Shown here: one piece after another, positions 26,690 through 40,612 of the stretch
Position numbering within the stretch: position 1 is the first letter of the stretch
Layout of the letters: each line of letters begins with the position of its first letter
NCBI GenBank assembly: GCA_964016885.1
Contig: OZ024761.1
Span: forward strand, 18,662,001 to 18,726,000
DNA length: 64,000 nucleotides
Source: Eledone cirrhosa
Lineage: Eukaryota
Direction of reading: 5' to 3'
The notes under the pieces: model-generated
What the model saw: the letters and a program-made list of their open reading frames with translations, nothing else
Told to the model about the DNA's origin: nothing
Database searches by the model: none
Made by a program: the position numbers and the translations under genes

Positions 26690-27519
26690 TAGTTATAAAA
26701 AGAAGATTGAGAAGAGGAAGGAACAGGGGAAAAAGGGAAGAAAAAAACATACTGTGCTTATTCAGTTTAGCCTTCTTAGAGAGTTGTATATGTATATATA
26801 TGTATACACACACACACCACACACCACACACACCACACACACATATATATTATAGAATAACAAGAGGATGGACTGGTGTAATTCCTTAAAGGTTTGTTAT
26901 TCTATGAACATTTCAATGACCAGGTTCAGTATGAATCCAGTGACATCAGGTATTCCGAAATTTATCCAACAAAGGAATATAATAATAGACACAATCCAAG
27001 GTGCTGAAAAGCAGAGAGAATTGCCCAAGACAAGAAGGCGGCCAAAAATTAGCAGTTGCTAGTCCGGTTGGCCACCTTCAAGTCAAAAACCTTAATGAAT
27101 ATATCTATCTATTTCATCATCATCATCATCATTTTATGTCCGCTTTTCCCTGCTTGCAAGGGTGGGACGGGACCTGATTCTGGCTTGATTTCTACAGCTG
27201 GATGCCCTTCTTAACACCAACCTCATTTACAGTGTGGGCTGGGTGCTTTTTTTTGCTGTGGCACCTCCACAACCACTTTACAGTGGAATGATAGGGACGC
27301 CGGTCCCTATCATCTCATTTCTACAGCTGAGTAAACTGGAGCAATGTGAAATAAAGTGTCTTGCTCAAGGAAACACATCACCCGGTCTGTGAATTGAACT
27401 CACAACCTTTCGATTGCAAGGCCAATGCTCTAACCACTAAGCCATGTTATATATATATATATAGAGAGAGAGACACACACTATATTAATAAATGGAAACT
27501 ATATTTATAAAACCATATT

Positions 27520-27585
27520 TATTTTAATATACATATTTCAAGGGCAACCAAGGCAAATTATGGTGCGCTTTCATCAGATATATAC
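27520..27585 (-). ncRNA. Hammerhead motif (family A), stem I partly degenerate
   Basis: tcatcag at 27571-27577 with the family A stem II and GAAA strand. Confidence 0.65.
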
Positions 27586-28321
27586 AGATTTGTTTTATAC
27601 ATAAATATTGACATACCCAGAAAAAAGACAACCTTAACGGTTGGAGCTTCCTGGATAGTCAAATGTTTAAGCTTGTTGAATCCCAACAAATTAAATATAA
27701 CCTCTGCATATATATATATTTTTTATTTTTTTATTATTATTATTATTGGGATCGAAAGGCCATGGATCTGCACCTGAAGAATTTTGTATCAGCTGCTGAT
27801 GGCAGTGCAGTGTCTCCTGTGGCTGTACAGGCCCAAACGGGAATGGCAATCCTGTATACAATATGTTATATATATAAAAGCGAGGATGTGTGTGTGTCTG
27901 TGTACAACCTTGCATACTTAAGGCTTTTACAATTACCAACTGAATTTGACCAAATTTTCTGTGCACATTGTACAGGTCGCTAAGATTGTCACATCACAAA
28001 CATTTTTCAAATCGACTTACGTTGAGCAATAAAAAATCGGTAGCAAAATTGATGTAAGGGAGATAACCAACTTTATTGACAATCCTTATAAAAAAGGGAG
28101 ATAACCAACTTTTAAGAAATATAAACATCACATTCATTTGAAGATAAATCACTAATATTATCGTTTGTTTCTTGTTTATTCTTTGTTGCACTTTCAAAGT
28201 TAAAAAAACACTTGTTTTAACTTGTTTCACTATATACTATACTATCCAGGAAGCTCCAACCATTAAGGTTGTCTTTTTTTCAGTGTATGTCAATATTTAT
28301 TTATAAAACAAATCTGTATTG

Positions 28322-28387
28322 TATTTTATCTGATGAAAGCGCACCATAATTTGCCTTGGTGGCCCTTGAAATATGTATAATAAAATA
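28322..28387 (+). ncRNA. Minimal type I hammerhead motif (family A)
   Basis: tattttat-CTGATGA-aagcgcacca..tggtggccctt-GAAA-tatgta-TA-ataaaata. Confidence 0.8.
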
Positions 28388-28710
28388 AATATGGTTTTAT
28401 AAATATAGTTTCCATTTGTTAATATATTGTATATTTACTCCACTAAACTGTTGAGTGCTTTATATCAGTTATAAAAATGTTTAAGCTTGTTGAATCCCAA
28501 CAAATTAAATATAACCTCTGCATATATATATATATAGTTATACTTATATATAGAAAGAAGATAAGGGTAATATTGTACTTTACCCGATTACCATATATTC
28601 TTGTGCCTAACATAGAAACAATTATTTATACAATACAGATTTGTTTTATAAATAAATATTGACATACCCTGAAAAAAAGACAACCTTAACGGTTGGAGCT
28701 TCCTGAATAG

Positions 28711-28776
28711 TATTTTATTTGATGAAAGCGCACCATAATTTGCCTTGGTGGCCCTTGAAATATGTATAATAAAATA
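28711..28776 (+). ncRNA. Hammerhead motif (family A), core mutated (TTGATGA)
   Basis: matches family A except C3>T. Confidence 0.55.
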
Positions 28777-29789
28777 AATATGGTTTTATAAATAGTTTCC
28801 ATATTGTATATATATATATATATGTGTGTGTGTGTATGTATTGATTAAAATTATTTGTTTAAAAGAATAAATATTTTTGTTTGTAAGTAAATCCTTGTCT
28901 ATGTTTTTTTATTGAAGAAACCTCTATTGAAAATACACATGCATATATATATATATATATATATATGTATTTATATGTGTATGTACTTTGTATGTGTGTT
29001 TATACATGCATATATATATATATATATGTATTTATATGTGCATGTATGTGTATGTACTTTGTATGTGTGTTTATACATGCAGATATATATATATGTATTT
29101 ATATGTGTATGTACTTTGTATGTGTGTTTATACATGCAGATATATATATATATGTATTTATATGTGCATGTATGTGTGTTTATACATGCAGCTATATATA
29201 TATGTATTTATATGTGTATGTACTTTGTATGTGTGTTTATACATGCATATTATATCATCATCATCATCGTTTAACGTCCATCTTCCACGCTTGCATGGGT
29301 TTGGACGGGAGTTTTCCCACTTGAGGCAAGATTTGTTGTCCTGCTCGTATAGGACTGTCTGGAGGGTTTTCTACGGCTGGATGCCCTTTCCAACACCAAC
29401 CACGTTTACAGTGTGGACTGGGAGGTTTTTACCGTGTTACCTACACGGCCTCATTTGTTTCGGACTGGATGTTGTGGTACCAACATAACTTCACATTTAA
29501 GAGGGTGGGGGTAGTGGGACGGGGGTATATTTTTGTTAGAGGTGCCTACTGACTGTAGGTTTCGCTTTGTACTTAGGCAAGGTGGGTCTTCTGTATGACT
29601 CTGTATATATATGTATTAATAGGAAATATGTATTGTAGGAGAGGAGGAGACATATTGATGCCATTATATTAACAAACATTTCTCTGAGGAACTCATGTGG
29701 GTGAAACATTATGTAAGATTTATATAAAGAACTTGTTTTAACGGCTCGTAACTCCTTCATTTACTCATTTGCTTATATATATCATCACC

Positions 29790-30120
29790 ATCATCACTCG
29801 TCGACTACTGTCGAGATGATGGATCTCACTCTCATGCCCGAGAATCCCCTGTCCCCCATCGCTGCCCCCAGGTCCTGTCTGCTGATTCCCGTATCCCTAG
29901 AGATAACGTCAGGGAATGACAGCTTCCTACTCCTAGTCAGGCTGGAGTCAGGGTTCCAGAGCAAGAGAGCGGATATGATTTCATTGCTGGCACGGTGACA
30001 GTGGCCAGCAAATTGAGCTCTCCGGGATTTTAGAAGGGCAGAGGCTCGAGGGAGTTTGCCATAGATTTTAGACAAGGTGGGATGTCGTTTCCAGGATAGG
30101 TTTTGCACTCTCATTAAGAG
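29790..30120 (-). mobile_element. RTE-like LINE 3' fragment
   Basis: SWKRHPT...RRAQFAGHCHR...LLLWNP motif; (TGA)n tail. Confidence 0.72.
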
Positions 30121-30463
30121 GGGGGGGTATATGTGCCATCCAATCTCCTCTCAAGTTTTGATGTTAGTGTCCAAGTTTCGGATCCATAAAGTAATATATA
30201 TATATGTATCTATATCTCTCTCTATATATAGAGAATTTAGTATATCTACTAACATATGCGTACGGATGTACGCTAATGCCAGCAAATACACAGGTTATGT
30301 CATAGTACCTAGGTGTTTCAATGCAGGAGGATGCAGAACAATAATATAAAAGACGTAAAATAAGAAAATTTTAAAAATTAACTTACGTAAGTTAATTTAA
30401 AAAATTTTTTTTTTAATTTTCTTATTTTACGTCTTTTATATTATTGTTCTGCATCTCTCTCTC

Positions 30464-30494
<31 letters not shown>

Positions 30495-30785
30495 CTGATG
30501 GTAGCTAAGATGCTTCCATAGGCAGTATGCCGGTTGAGCACTCTGTGCTCTTACGAGTATGATAGAACGAAAAATGAGTGATGCATCTGACCTCAATTTA
30601 TTGTGTTACAGTTGTTCCCCCGGCGAGAGAATATGATCCGAAATCATTAGACGTGTCCGTCGAACCTGTGGGTCCAGAATCAGACAGATCCACACAATGA
30701 TCGCGACTCGAGCTGTCCACCGGGGAAACAGTTGTAACACACAATAAATTGAGTTCAGATGCATCACTGATTTTTCGTTTTCTAT

Positions 30786-30819
<34 letters not shown>

Positions 30820-30867
30820 ATATAAATATATAATATAAGATCAAAAGATGGTTAAAAGAGTTCCAAG

Positions 30868-30938
30868 TATTTTATTATGCGCATTTCAAAAACAAATATC
30901 ATCATGAGATGACATCTGCGTTCTCATCAGATAAAATA
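30868..30938 (-). ncRNA. Hammerhead motif, inverted copy of 31057-31127
   Basis: mirror arm of a palindrome centred at 30997/30998. Confidence 0.8.
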
Positions 30939-31056
30939 GGGAGACATGATATGAAGCTTAAAAGACACTTGTGAATAGTGAAGTTTTAAATCAACATATG
31001 TTGATTTAAAACTTCACTATTCACAAGTGTCTTTTAAGCTTCATATCATGTCTCCC

Positions 31057-31127
31057 TATTTTATCTGATGAGAACGCAGATGTCATCCCATGATGATATT
31101 TGTTTTTGAAATGCGCATAATAAAATA
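31057..31127 (+). ncRNA. Minimal type I hammerhead ribozyme motif
   Basis: tattttat-CTGATGA(31065)-gaacgcagatgtcatc/ccat/gatgatatttgttttt-GAAA-tgcgca-TA-ataaaata; perfect 8-bp stem I, long stem II, palindromic stem III. Confidence 0.85.
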
Positions 31128-31641
31128 CTTGGAACTCTTTTAACCATCTTTTGATCTTATATTATTTATACTCCAGTCCCACAAACTGTAGAGTGCTACT
31201 TATCCGATATTTGCATTGCTTTATTGTACTACAATAAAACTCACCTCCTACATATATATATATATATATACACATATATACAAAATACACACATTGCATA
31301 CATATATATACATATTTGTGTGTGTTTGTTTATTTAACCCGCAGCACACTCTGTAAAGATGTAGAGATCAGGTGAAGTGGAAAAGAGTCAGTAGACTTGT
31401 GGAGGACCTCATTACTAGTGTTGATTGTGGTGGGGTGATAGCAGTAGTGGTGGGGATAATGACGGTGGTGGTGTTGACAGTAATGATGATGATGATGATA
31501 GTGGTAGTGGTGGTTATAGTATTAGTATCACGTCTGCTAGTGATGACTAAATCGAACAATTTAGGACAAAGTCTCATTTTAGTTTCTTGTTCTGTAATTC
31601 TGTATATAAGTCAATCGCCTCCCCTCTCTCACATCTATATA

Positions 31642-31684
<43 letters not shown>

Positions 31685-31964
31685 GACTTAGTGGTTAGAG
31701 CATTGGCCTGGCAATCGAAAGGTTGTGAGTTCAATTCTCAGACCGGGTGATGTGTTGTTTCCTTGAGCAAGACACTTTATTTCATATTGCTCCAGTTTAC
31801 TCAGCTGTAGAAATGAGATGATAGGGACCCCAGTCCCTATCATTCCACTGCAATTTTATCATTTTTTTTACTAAAAAGTCACCATCGTTCAGCGCATCGG
31901 CAGGGTTCTCCTACATGGATATAAAGTAGTGGCCGTACTCGAAAACGAGTTGGCAGCCACCATG

Positions 31965-32010
<46 letters not shown>

Positions 32011-32159
32011 TGTATATATATAATATAAGATCAAAAGATGGTTAAAAGAGTTCCATGTATTTTATTATGCGCATAAAACTCATCTCCTACATATGTATAT
32101 ATATATGTATGTATATATATATGTATGTATGTATATATGTATGTATGTATATATATATG

Positions 32160-32191
<32 letters not shown>

Positions 32192-32419
32192 TGTATGTAT
32201 GTATATATATATGTATGTATGTATATATGTATGTATGTATATATATATGTATGTATATATATATGTATGTATATATATATGTATGTATGTATATATGTAT
32301 GTATGTATATATATATGTATGTATATATATATGTATGTATGTATATATATATGTATGTATATATATATATATATATATATATGCATATTTATATATGTAT
32401 ATATATATATATGTATGTG

Positions 32420-32477
<58 letters not shown>

Positions 32478-34084
32478 TGTATATATATCATCATCATCGT
32501 TTAACGTCCATATTCCACGCTTGCATGGGTTTGGACGGGAGTTTTCCCACTTGAGGCAAGAGTGGTTGTCTTGCTCGCATAGGACTATCTGGCGGGTTTT
32601 CTACGTGTAGAACTGGGAGGTTTTTACCGTGTCATCTACACGGCCACAATACAGCATGGACTGTGTGTTTTTTTGTCGTGACACCTACACGACCTCATTT
32701 GTTTCGGTGTGTGTGAGGTCGGAATTTATCAAGTCGTCCCAGGTTTTTCTGGGTCTGCCTACTCCGTGGCTACCGTCTATTTTTATTGCCCTGCACTTTT
32801 TTTATACAGCTGTCGTCTTTCATGCGCATCACGTGACCATACCAACGTAGCCTTCTCTGTACCTAGTCAGCCACCGTGGCGTGTGTAGTACCACCTTAAC
32901 GCACGGAAGTGTGATAGTTAGGGAAAGAAGTGAAGGGTCTGGAAGAAGTTGACGGAGCTATTACTTCTGCTGACAACAAAGTGCAGGCTGTATAATGACT
33001 GCCAGCGATCTGCAGTGCTACATGGGAGCGAGACATCAGCCTTGATTGCAGAAAACCCGAAATGGTTAGAAAGAAGAGGAAGCGAGTATGCTCCTGTGTA
33101 TGTGTAATGTTAGTATACTCGGACAGAATAGCTTAAATGAATTAAAAGAAGAAAAAAAAAAGTAGGTATGAGAGGAACTGGATGTAGTGTGCAGGAGATA
33201 AGACTGCGGTAGTATGCACACGTGATGTGTATGGTAGAAGCTAGCAATTATATAAACAAATGTAGAGAAATTTCAGTGGACGTAACTGGTGTCGAGAGAG
33301 GTCTTAAGTAGTCTCCCTTGAATAGCGTGGTCATCTTCAATCTGCTGGAGATAGTTTAGATGTTTTTTTTTGTCGTGCAACGATTGTCAATACACACGCG
33401 TGTAAACCTCTCGCTCTGTATGTATATTTATCGTGTAGCATGAGTGTATCTATATAGCTGGAAAAAGGAATACATACGAATATAAGTAGGTACGTATATA
33501 TGTATATATATATATATTTTTTTTCAGGTCTTTACGATAATGAGGGACAGAGATCGCTGGAGAGAACTCGTCCATGGATCTCGGGAATTTTACCCGCCTT
33601 AGATAGATATATATATATATATGAATGTGTTAATGTGTATAACCCAACGAAACTTAAGTACCTGTATATGTCACTGTTGTAACTATATATATAGGTATGT
33701 GTGTGTATGTACACGTTTGTGTATTATATACATGTGCGTGTATTTATTTATGTATGTATGTATGTATGGTTGGATGTATCTATGTGTGTGTGTGTAATTC
33801 AATTTTGTTTGAAACCAGATTACGGTTTCCTCATTATGCATTGATCTATATATACAGGTAAATATTTCAGAAGAAAAGTTTCTCTCCTTCAACTTTTCTA
33901 CAGTTAAATCCCCAGTTTCCATTTATATCAAAGGCCCCAGTTTTATTTTCATCAAAGGTGCATGTATAGTACATAGAATAATTGTTTCTACGTTTGGCAC
34001 AAGGCCAGCAAAACCCAGTGTATTACTGGTACTTTATTTTATCGACCCCGTAAGGATGAAAGGCAAAGTTAACCTCGGTGGGAT

Positions 34085-34630
34085 TGTACAAATGTTCAAA
34101 TGGCAGGAAAGTGAACAGTGTATGAGTCATGATATACATGTGTGCGTGTGTATGGAGTGAGGATATCGGGTGTAGTGTTGGCAAATTTCAGGAAGCATGG
34201 AGGTTTTTAAAGATGCAGTGGCTCGACAGCTAATAACTGATGCAGGTAGTTTGTTCCATGGAGGTTTTAAAGGATGCAGTGTCCCAACAGCTCACAACTG
34301 TTGCAAGTAGTTTGTTCCATGGAGGTTTTAAAGGATGCAGTGTCTCGACAGCTAACAACTGATGCAGGTAGTTTGTTCCATGGAGGTTTTAAAGGATGCA
34401 GTGTCTCGACAGCTAACAACTGATGCAGGTAGTTTGTTCCATGCTTCAGCAACTCTGAACGTGAAAAAATGTTTCCGTAAATCATGGGAGCTGTTTTGTT
34501 TTCTGACTTTGTAGGCATATCACGTGTGTTAGACACATGGAATTCAAAAAGGTACTCAGGGTTGTTGGCAAGATGGTTAATAATTTTGTGGGTGTTTACC
34601 AAGTCAGTTGCCAGACGTTGGAGCTTCAAT
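34085..34630 (-). mobile_element. CR1-like LINE 3' fragment with internal ~61-bp tandem expansion
   Basis: homologous to 13040-13330; unit catggaggttttaaaggatgcagtg..gtagtttgttc repeated about 4 times at 34196-34440. Confidence 0.78.
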
Positions 34631-34769
34631 TATTGTTCAAATAATACATATGTACGCAGCATATATACTTAAATCCCCTCCAATACCAAAACTGTTATGG
34701 AAGCTCTGCACACACATACATATATATACATTTATATACGTATATAAATCATTGCTGCGAAAACTAAGA

Positions 34770-35400
34770 CACTCGTCCTTGCAAGGAAGCAGTCGCAGTG
34801 CACTCTACATGTGAATGGAGTTCCACTAAAGCAGGTGAAGTATCTCGTGGGCTGTGTTCACGAGTGATGGGAGGCAGGAGGCGTAATTAAGTGCAAGAAT
34901 TGCGAAAGCTGGTGCAGCAATCCGCCAGCGTCAACATTCGGTAATCAGAACTGGGGCGGGTGTAAAAGCCAAACTCGTTATCTTCAGTTCGGTATTCGTG
35001 CCAACCTTTACCTATGCTCCAAAAGAATACGCTCTCGAATACAAGTAACTAAAATAGAGTTCCCCCGAAGGGCCTTTAGGGCAACCCTACTCGATAGAGT
35101 TCGTAGCTCGGAGATCAGTCACTTCAAGTAGACACGCTACTCCCCCGAGATCACAGCTACGATACTATGGGCACGTGGTTAGAATGTCTCAGGAAAGAAT
35201 CGCTGGACAGATTTTACGGGCAAAAGCCAACCAGCAGGAAACCCAAGGGTAGACCTCGAACAAGATGGTTGGATAACATCCATGAGTTTGGCTGATCTCG
35301 CTGGATCATATGGAGACGGTTGCTTCTGACAGTAACCGCTGGGAGGAATGCTTGAAGACTTTGCCCCAACGACCCTCTCAAGAATAAGTGGGCGAAGAAC
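34770..35400 (+). mobile_element. Degenerate RTE-like LINE fragment
   Basis: remnant motifs KQVKYL, FSSVFVPTFTYA, LRYYGHV, GRPRTRWLD. Confidence 0.55.
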
Positions 35401-38400
35401 ACATTCATGTTGGAGAAACCCCATTTCGGTCATTACCCAAGATCCATAATCATAGGTAATGGGTAGCGCAGGCACGAACACAAAATTGACGATGGCGACA
35501 TTTGATGAAGTTCCCTCCCCTGAAAATCCACTAAAATTGGAAATCTTTACAACAGCATTGAGAATGGTTTGCAGCTGGCTTTCAAATCCTGCTGACATTA
35601 ACGTTTCCTCTCAATTCTTTCGGAGGTCGATTTTTTTTTTCTGCTGTCCTTAAGTACCAAAGAACTATCTTTTATGGGGCAATGAAAATAAAAATCACTC
35701 GACCTTATTTAGCACCAAGTTTGTAAAAAAAGTCAGACCAACTATCACCGTCGTTCCAGCCCTATACATTTATGTATTAGGACTACATTTAGAGTAGAAT
35801 GTGATTTTGAGGAAGAGTTAGCTGCTTCAACTAGCAGGTCGAGTGGTCAGCTTACAGACTCCTTTGTTAAGCTCAACTAGTCTTATTTGATTGTACTTGT
35901 TCAATATAATAGCCAGTTGTTCTTTTATCACAAACCATGTTCAACCCTTTTTTGCTGCCAACTTGACTATCATGCGCCGTCGAGACCTTTCCTCGGCGTC
36001 GGATATGCTTTGTAGCATAGTTACAGACGTTCTGAGTTCAAATCCCGCCTAGGTTAGCTTTGCCTTTCATCCTTAAGAGATCGATAAAACAACGTACCAA
36101 CAATGCACTCGAGTCGATTTTCTCCTCCCATCCAAAACATTGTAGGCTTCGTGTCTAAATCAGAAATCTTTATATCTCCAGTTTCAGTCGTTGCCGTATT
36201 TATAACAAACGGTACTACTAATTTTGAAAATAATTAAGGACTTTGCTGGATTTAATATAAATTTCATTAAGCTGGTGTTTATGTGTGACGGATTAAGAGA
36301 ACCGTTCGCTAGTCAGACGATATGTAGTGTAGTATTTCGTTACGACTCTACTTTATGGTTTCAAACCTCGCCAAGGTCAACGATATTTTTATCGAGCTCG
36401 GAGCAATAATATATATGTATACCGGGTTCAACCCCAGAAATACCTCAATACATATAGAGTATAAATATTTAATATAGAAATTGTTTCATTCTAAGGAAAG
36501 CAGAGCTTTATACTTCGAATGAAAGTTCTAGTCCTGTAGAAGCCATTTCTATATTAATTATATGTTAAGTACCAGGGGGATTCGATATAATCGGCTTGCC
36601 GCCCGCCGCTAAATTGCTGGCCTTGCTCCAATCTTAAGAACGAATTACTAAGCCAGTGTTTCAAACAACTGAACAAAAAGCTCTTAAAAAAAAAAAAAAT
36701 ATATATATATATATATATAAAAAGGTTTTATTTAATGTTGGCTGTAAAACCAGACAGCTTTATATCAAAGAACCAGAGATGGTTTGGTATGAAAAGGACT
36801 AAGCCACCCATGACCATATTGCTGAATAGTTTGGACCAGTCTGGCAGCTTGCCCGTGTGAAATGATGCATGTCTTTTCTTCTTTACATGTAAAGAATACA
36901 TTAACCCACCCCTCCCCCCAAGACAAACATACATTGAAGCAGTGTGTGTGTGTGCGCAAAATGGCCGAGTATTTCCACAATCACTTGTGGAATGGTGTCA
37001 ACGCAGGTACCACAGTAAAACTGAAATACAAAACTACATAATTGTGAAGTGTGTATATATATATATTAATAAATGGAAACTATATTTATTTTATATATAT
37101 TTCAAGGGCAACCAAAATATATATAAAAAAATAATTATGGTTTTATAAATATAGTTTCCATTTATTAATATATTGAATATTTACTCCACTAGCTGTTGAG
37201 TGCTTTATATCAGTTATAAAAATGTTTAAGCTTGTTGAATCCCAACAAATTAAATATAACCTCTGCATATATATATATATACACATACATACACACAGAA
37301 TCATCGTTTAACATCTTTTTTCATTTTAGCATGGGTTAGATGTGGGTGTCTTATTTGTGGCAAGCCAGATCAGATGACCTTGTCTTGCTCATATATACAT
37401 ACGTATATGTATTTTAAATACCTATAAATCTACTTTTAGCATTTAAAATGGCCATGTCCGGTAGCCAGAATTCCTTCAATTGCTGTTCAAACTGGCCGCT
37501 CATATTTATGTTATGTAGAGGTATTGTTCTCAGATTTGATATTATGTGAGGTAAAGCCTGTACCGTCAAAATATAATAGTAAATATAGAGTAATGTAAAT
37601 GCTAAAGGGTTATACATTCATTTCTAGCAGACAGTACTAGTCAGAAGCTGGCACTATTTTATTAAGCTCAAGAGAGAAGGCAAAAATTGAGCTTTGCATG
37701 AGCCAAAACAAAGCCAGCAATGCTATTTTATTCAACTGTCTCCACACTTGCTTATCTATCATGTATGTCAGACAAGGTCATCTGACCTGACTTATCTCAA
37801 ATAGGACAACCCGTCTGGAAAATAACGCAATATATAAATGTATCAGCGCTGGAGATATATATATATATAGGTTAATGTCCATTTCCCCACACAAACATGG
37901 GCTAGACAAGTCAGATTAGGTGAGTGTAGTTTGTTCATGCAGAACTATATCTGGTGAGATATATACATATTGGCACAATAATACACCATTTGTTTGTATA
38001 TTTATATCTAACCATTTCCAATCATTTGTTGTGGACATCCATAGTAATAGACCTGTAGTGTAGGACCTTAATTCATCTTGTTGCTACTGATGTTGGGGAC
38101 ATCAATAGTAATTAATAGGCCTATAGTGTAGGACCCTAATTCACCTTTCTATTGGCAGTCACAACATGAAATACATTTTTCTCGAGCACACCATGCTGCT
38201 GAGCCCAGGAATTAAACCCTGCAACCTAATGATCAGGAGTCCAACAACACCGTAACCTCTAGGCTACAAGACTTCCAAAGTTATCTAACCGATTTTCTCA
38301 AAGGAAATAAAAAATAAAAACATGGCCCACATTTTGGTCAACACAAAATAAACAAACACAAAGAAATGATAGTAAAAAAAAAAAAATAACAGGTGAAATA

Positions 38401-39997
38401 ACACTGAAAAGGATTTATATTTACAGAAAGAAAAATATGACAAGTTACAATGGTAGGAGAGATGGAGACAAGAACACCAGTAGCTAACAAATCATACATA
38501 CCTAACACATTATCGCCAGTAACTAATACATCATACCAGCAGGCTTTGACACATACATGCACACCACTAACTTCCACACATCACACATACCAACCACCAG
38601 AACAAAAGTAGTTAACTTAAACACACCTACCAGACTTCCAAACACCATACCATCAGATTATAACACTAGTAACATACATATCACCCAACTAACACATACA
38701 TGCATACCACACCATCAGGTTACAACACTAGCAATACACATACCACCTAACATCCATGCATACCATACCATCAGACAAACAGATCTAATTTCCTTTCATT
38801 TTAATTCAATTTTAATTCCATACAATAACAAAACAAGTTATTTCTGTATAACAGACACATTTACAGAGCAAAGTAGCAGAGTTTTTTTTGGCGATTTTTC
38901 TTCTTTTTTTTTTTTTGTTCTTTGGGGGGGGAGAAGAGGGTTTAAAATTTTTATTTTATATACTTTTTGCTTTCCTTTTTGCTGAGATTTCACTCAAGTG
39001 AAGGAAGAGGAAAAATATTTACAGCTCAAAAGAGGAAGACTGTTTTCAGAGGCAGAAAAGATGTTCCTTAAATGAGCATTGGTGAAACCGGGAGATGTAG
39101 CTAAATATGTGCGATATCTTATTTTTACTGAAGTGGAAACCAGGAGAGAAAATAAAAAAAAAAAACTAAAGAGGGGGGGGGGGGGGGGGAGAAAAAAAAG
39201 AGGGGGCGGGGGATGTTAATGGTAAGGGCTACAAAATAAATCGAGTCACCATCCCAATCTGTATGTGTTTCGCTATATAAAAGGGAAAGCTGGCCAGAGT
39301 TTAAATGAGTTGTGAGTAGTGGAGCTAGAGCAAGAAGAGAGGATTATAATTACTGCAAGATTTAATTTTTATTACCATAAAATTAAATACTTGCACACCG
39401 TGTTTAAATTTAAATAACTTCTCGTGTTTCTGTTTTGTCTTTTTTGTTCTTACAACTCCTGGCAAAGACGAATTATTATATTGAAACAAAGTTTTAATTC
39501 AAAGTTTTGAAAAGATTAAAAAAAAAAAATTATATATATATATATTATATATAAGAAATAAAAATCCCCACAACCACTTGCAGGTTTTGTGCAGTGGTAA
39601 GCATGGCTGGTTGGTCGCAGTGTTGTCTTAAATGGTAAAACTGTTTTCTTTAACAAACAAAGAAAAAAAACAAACAAAAACAATGTGTGAGGTGAAGCAG
39701 AATCTTTAGCAGCTACCCTTAACAATAATAATAATTATACAGGCAGAAGACAATCCAAAGTTGAGATGGTCACCATGAAAAGTTACTGAAGTGTCTTAAG
39801 AAAGAACGAAGAAAAAGTTAAAAAAAAAAAAATATTAACAGAAAAAGACGCTACCCAATCTTTTTCACACATTTTTTTTCTTCCTTATATATATTTATAT
39901 ATAGATATAGATATATATTTATACATCATACATAGTTCATTATATTTTCTTCAGTCTTTAAATAATAATAATAATATATTTAAAAAAAAAAAAAAAG

Positions 39998-40267
39998 CTA
40001 TCCTGACTTAAACAGAAGGATAGCAACTTGGCCCAAGTAGAAGTAGATAAAATGTTTGGTTTCATGGGTGACATAACTTCCAAAGTTACGTCCCACAATG
40101 CAATGCCAAGTTGGGTTGAACTTCTTGTCAAACTCCTTCTTGATATAAGCAGCAATGTCCTTCTCTATGTTGAACTTGTCGAGAGCTTGAGTGGCACAGT
40201 CTATAGCATCTGACTGCATTTCTTCAGACATATCGGCATTCTTGATGACGGCTTTTCTCTCAGACAT
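39998..40267 (-). CDS. DYNLL: Dynein light chain LC8 (DYNLL1/2 family), 89 aa, single coding exon
   Basis: [89 protein letters not shown] is the near-invariant LC8 sequence; T-tract + CAG acceptor 6 nt upstream of the ATG (exon starts 40273). Confidence 0.97.
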   Translation of the reverse strand: MSERKAVIKNADMSEEMQSDAIDCATQALDKFNIEKDIAAYIKKEFDKKFNPTWHCIVGRNFGSYVTHETKHFIYFYLGQVAILLFKSG

Positions 40268-40413
40268 CTTGAACTGGAATGACAAAAAAAAAAAAAAAGA
40301 CATTAGTCATCACATCCGTCAACATCATTTAACATCCATTTTCCATGCTATATATATAGCAAGAGAGATGACAAAGAGATAGAAACAAACAGACATTTAT
40401 ATACACACACACA

Positions 40414-40612
40414 TACAAAGGTGGGCTGAAAAGTTCATCAGCTGACTGAAGGAGTGATGCTAGAGCTGTGAAATGTGAAATCTTGGATGCATTAATTTCA
40501 ACTCTTAATAACTGCATTGTTTCCTTCCAAGGGCAATGTTGAAAATTAAACTACATTTGGTCATTTCATGAGTAATTTGGAAATCCTATGAAGTTTTCAG
40601 ACCAACCCTCAT
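40414..40612. mobile_element. Mariner-type MITE; copies 1301-1485, 2532-2714, partial 43535-43628
   Basis: TIR ~tacgagggtcggctgaaaagttcata / tatgaacttttcagccgaccctc; shared interior. Confidence 0.7.

Noticed and set aside
40268-40303. N-terminal extension [12 protein letters not shown] on LC8
   Set aside because: Mostly the intron polypyrimidine tract and acceptor; the conserved start is MSERK.
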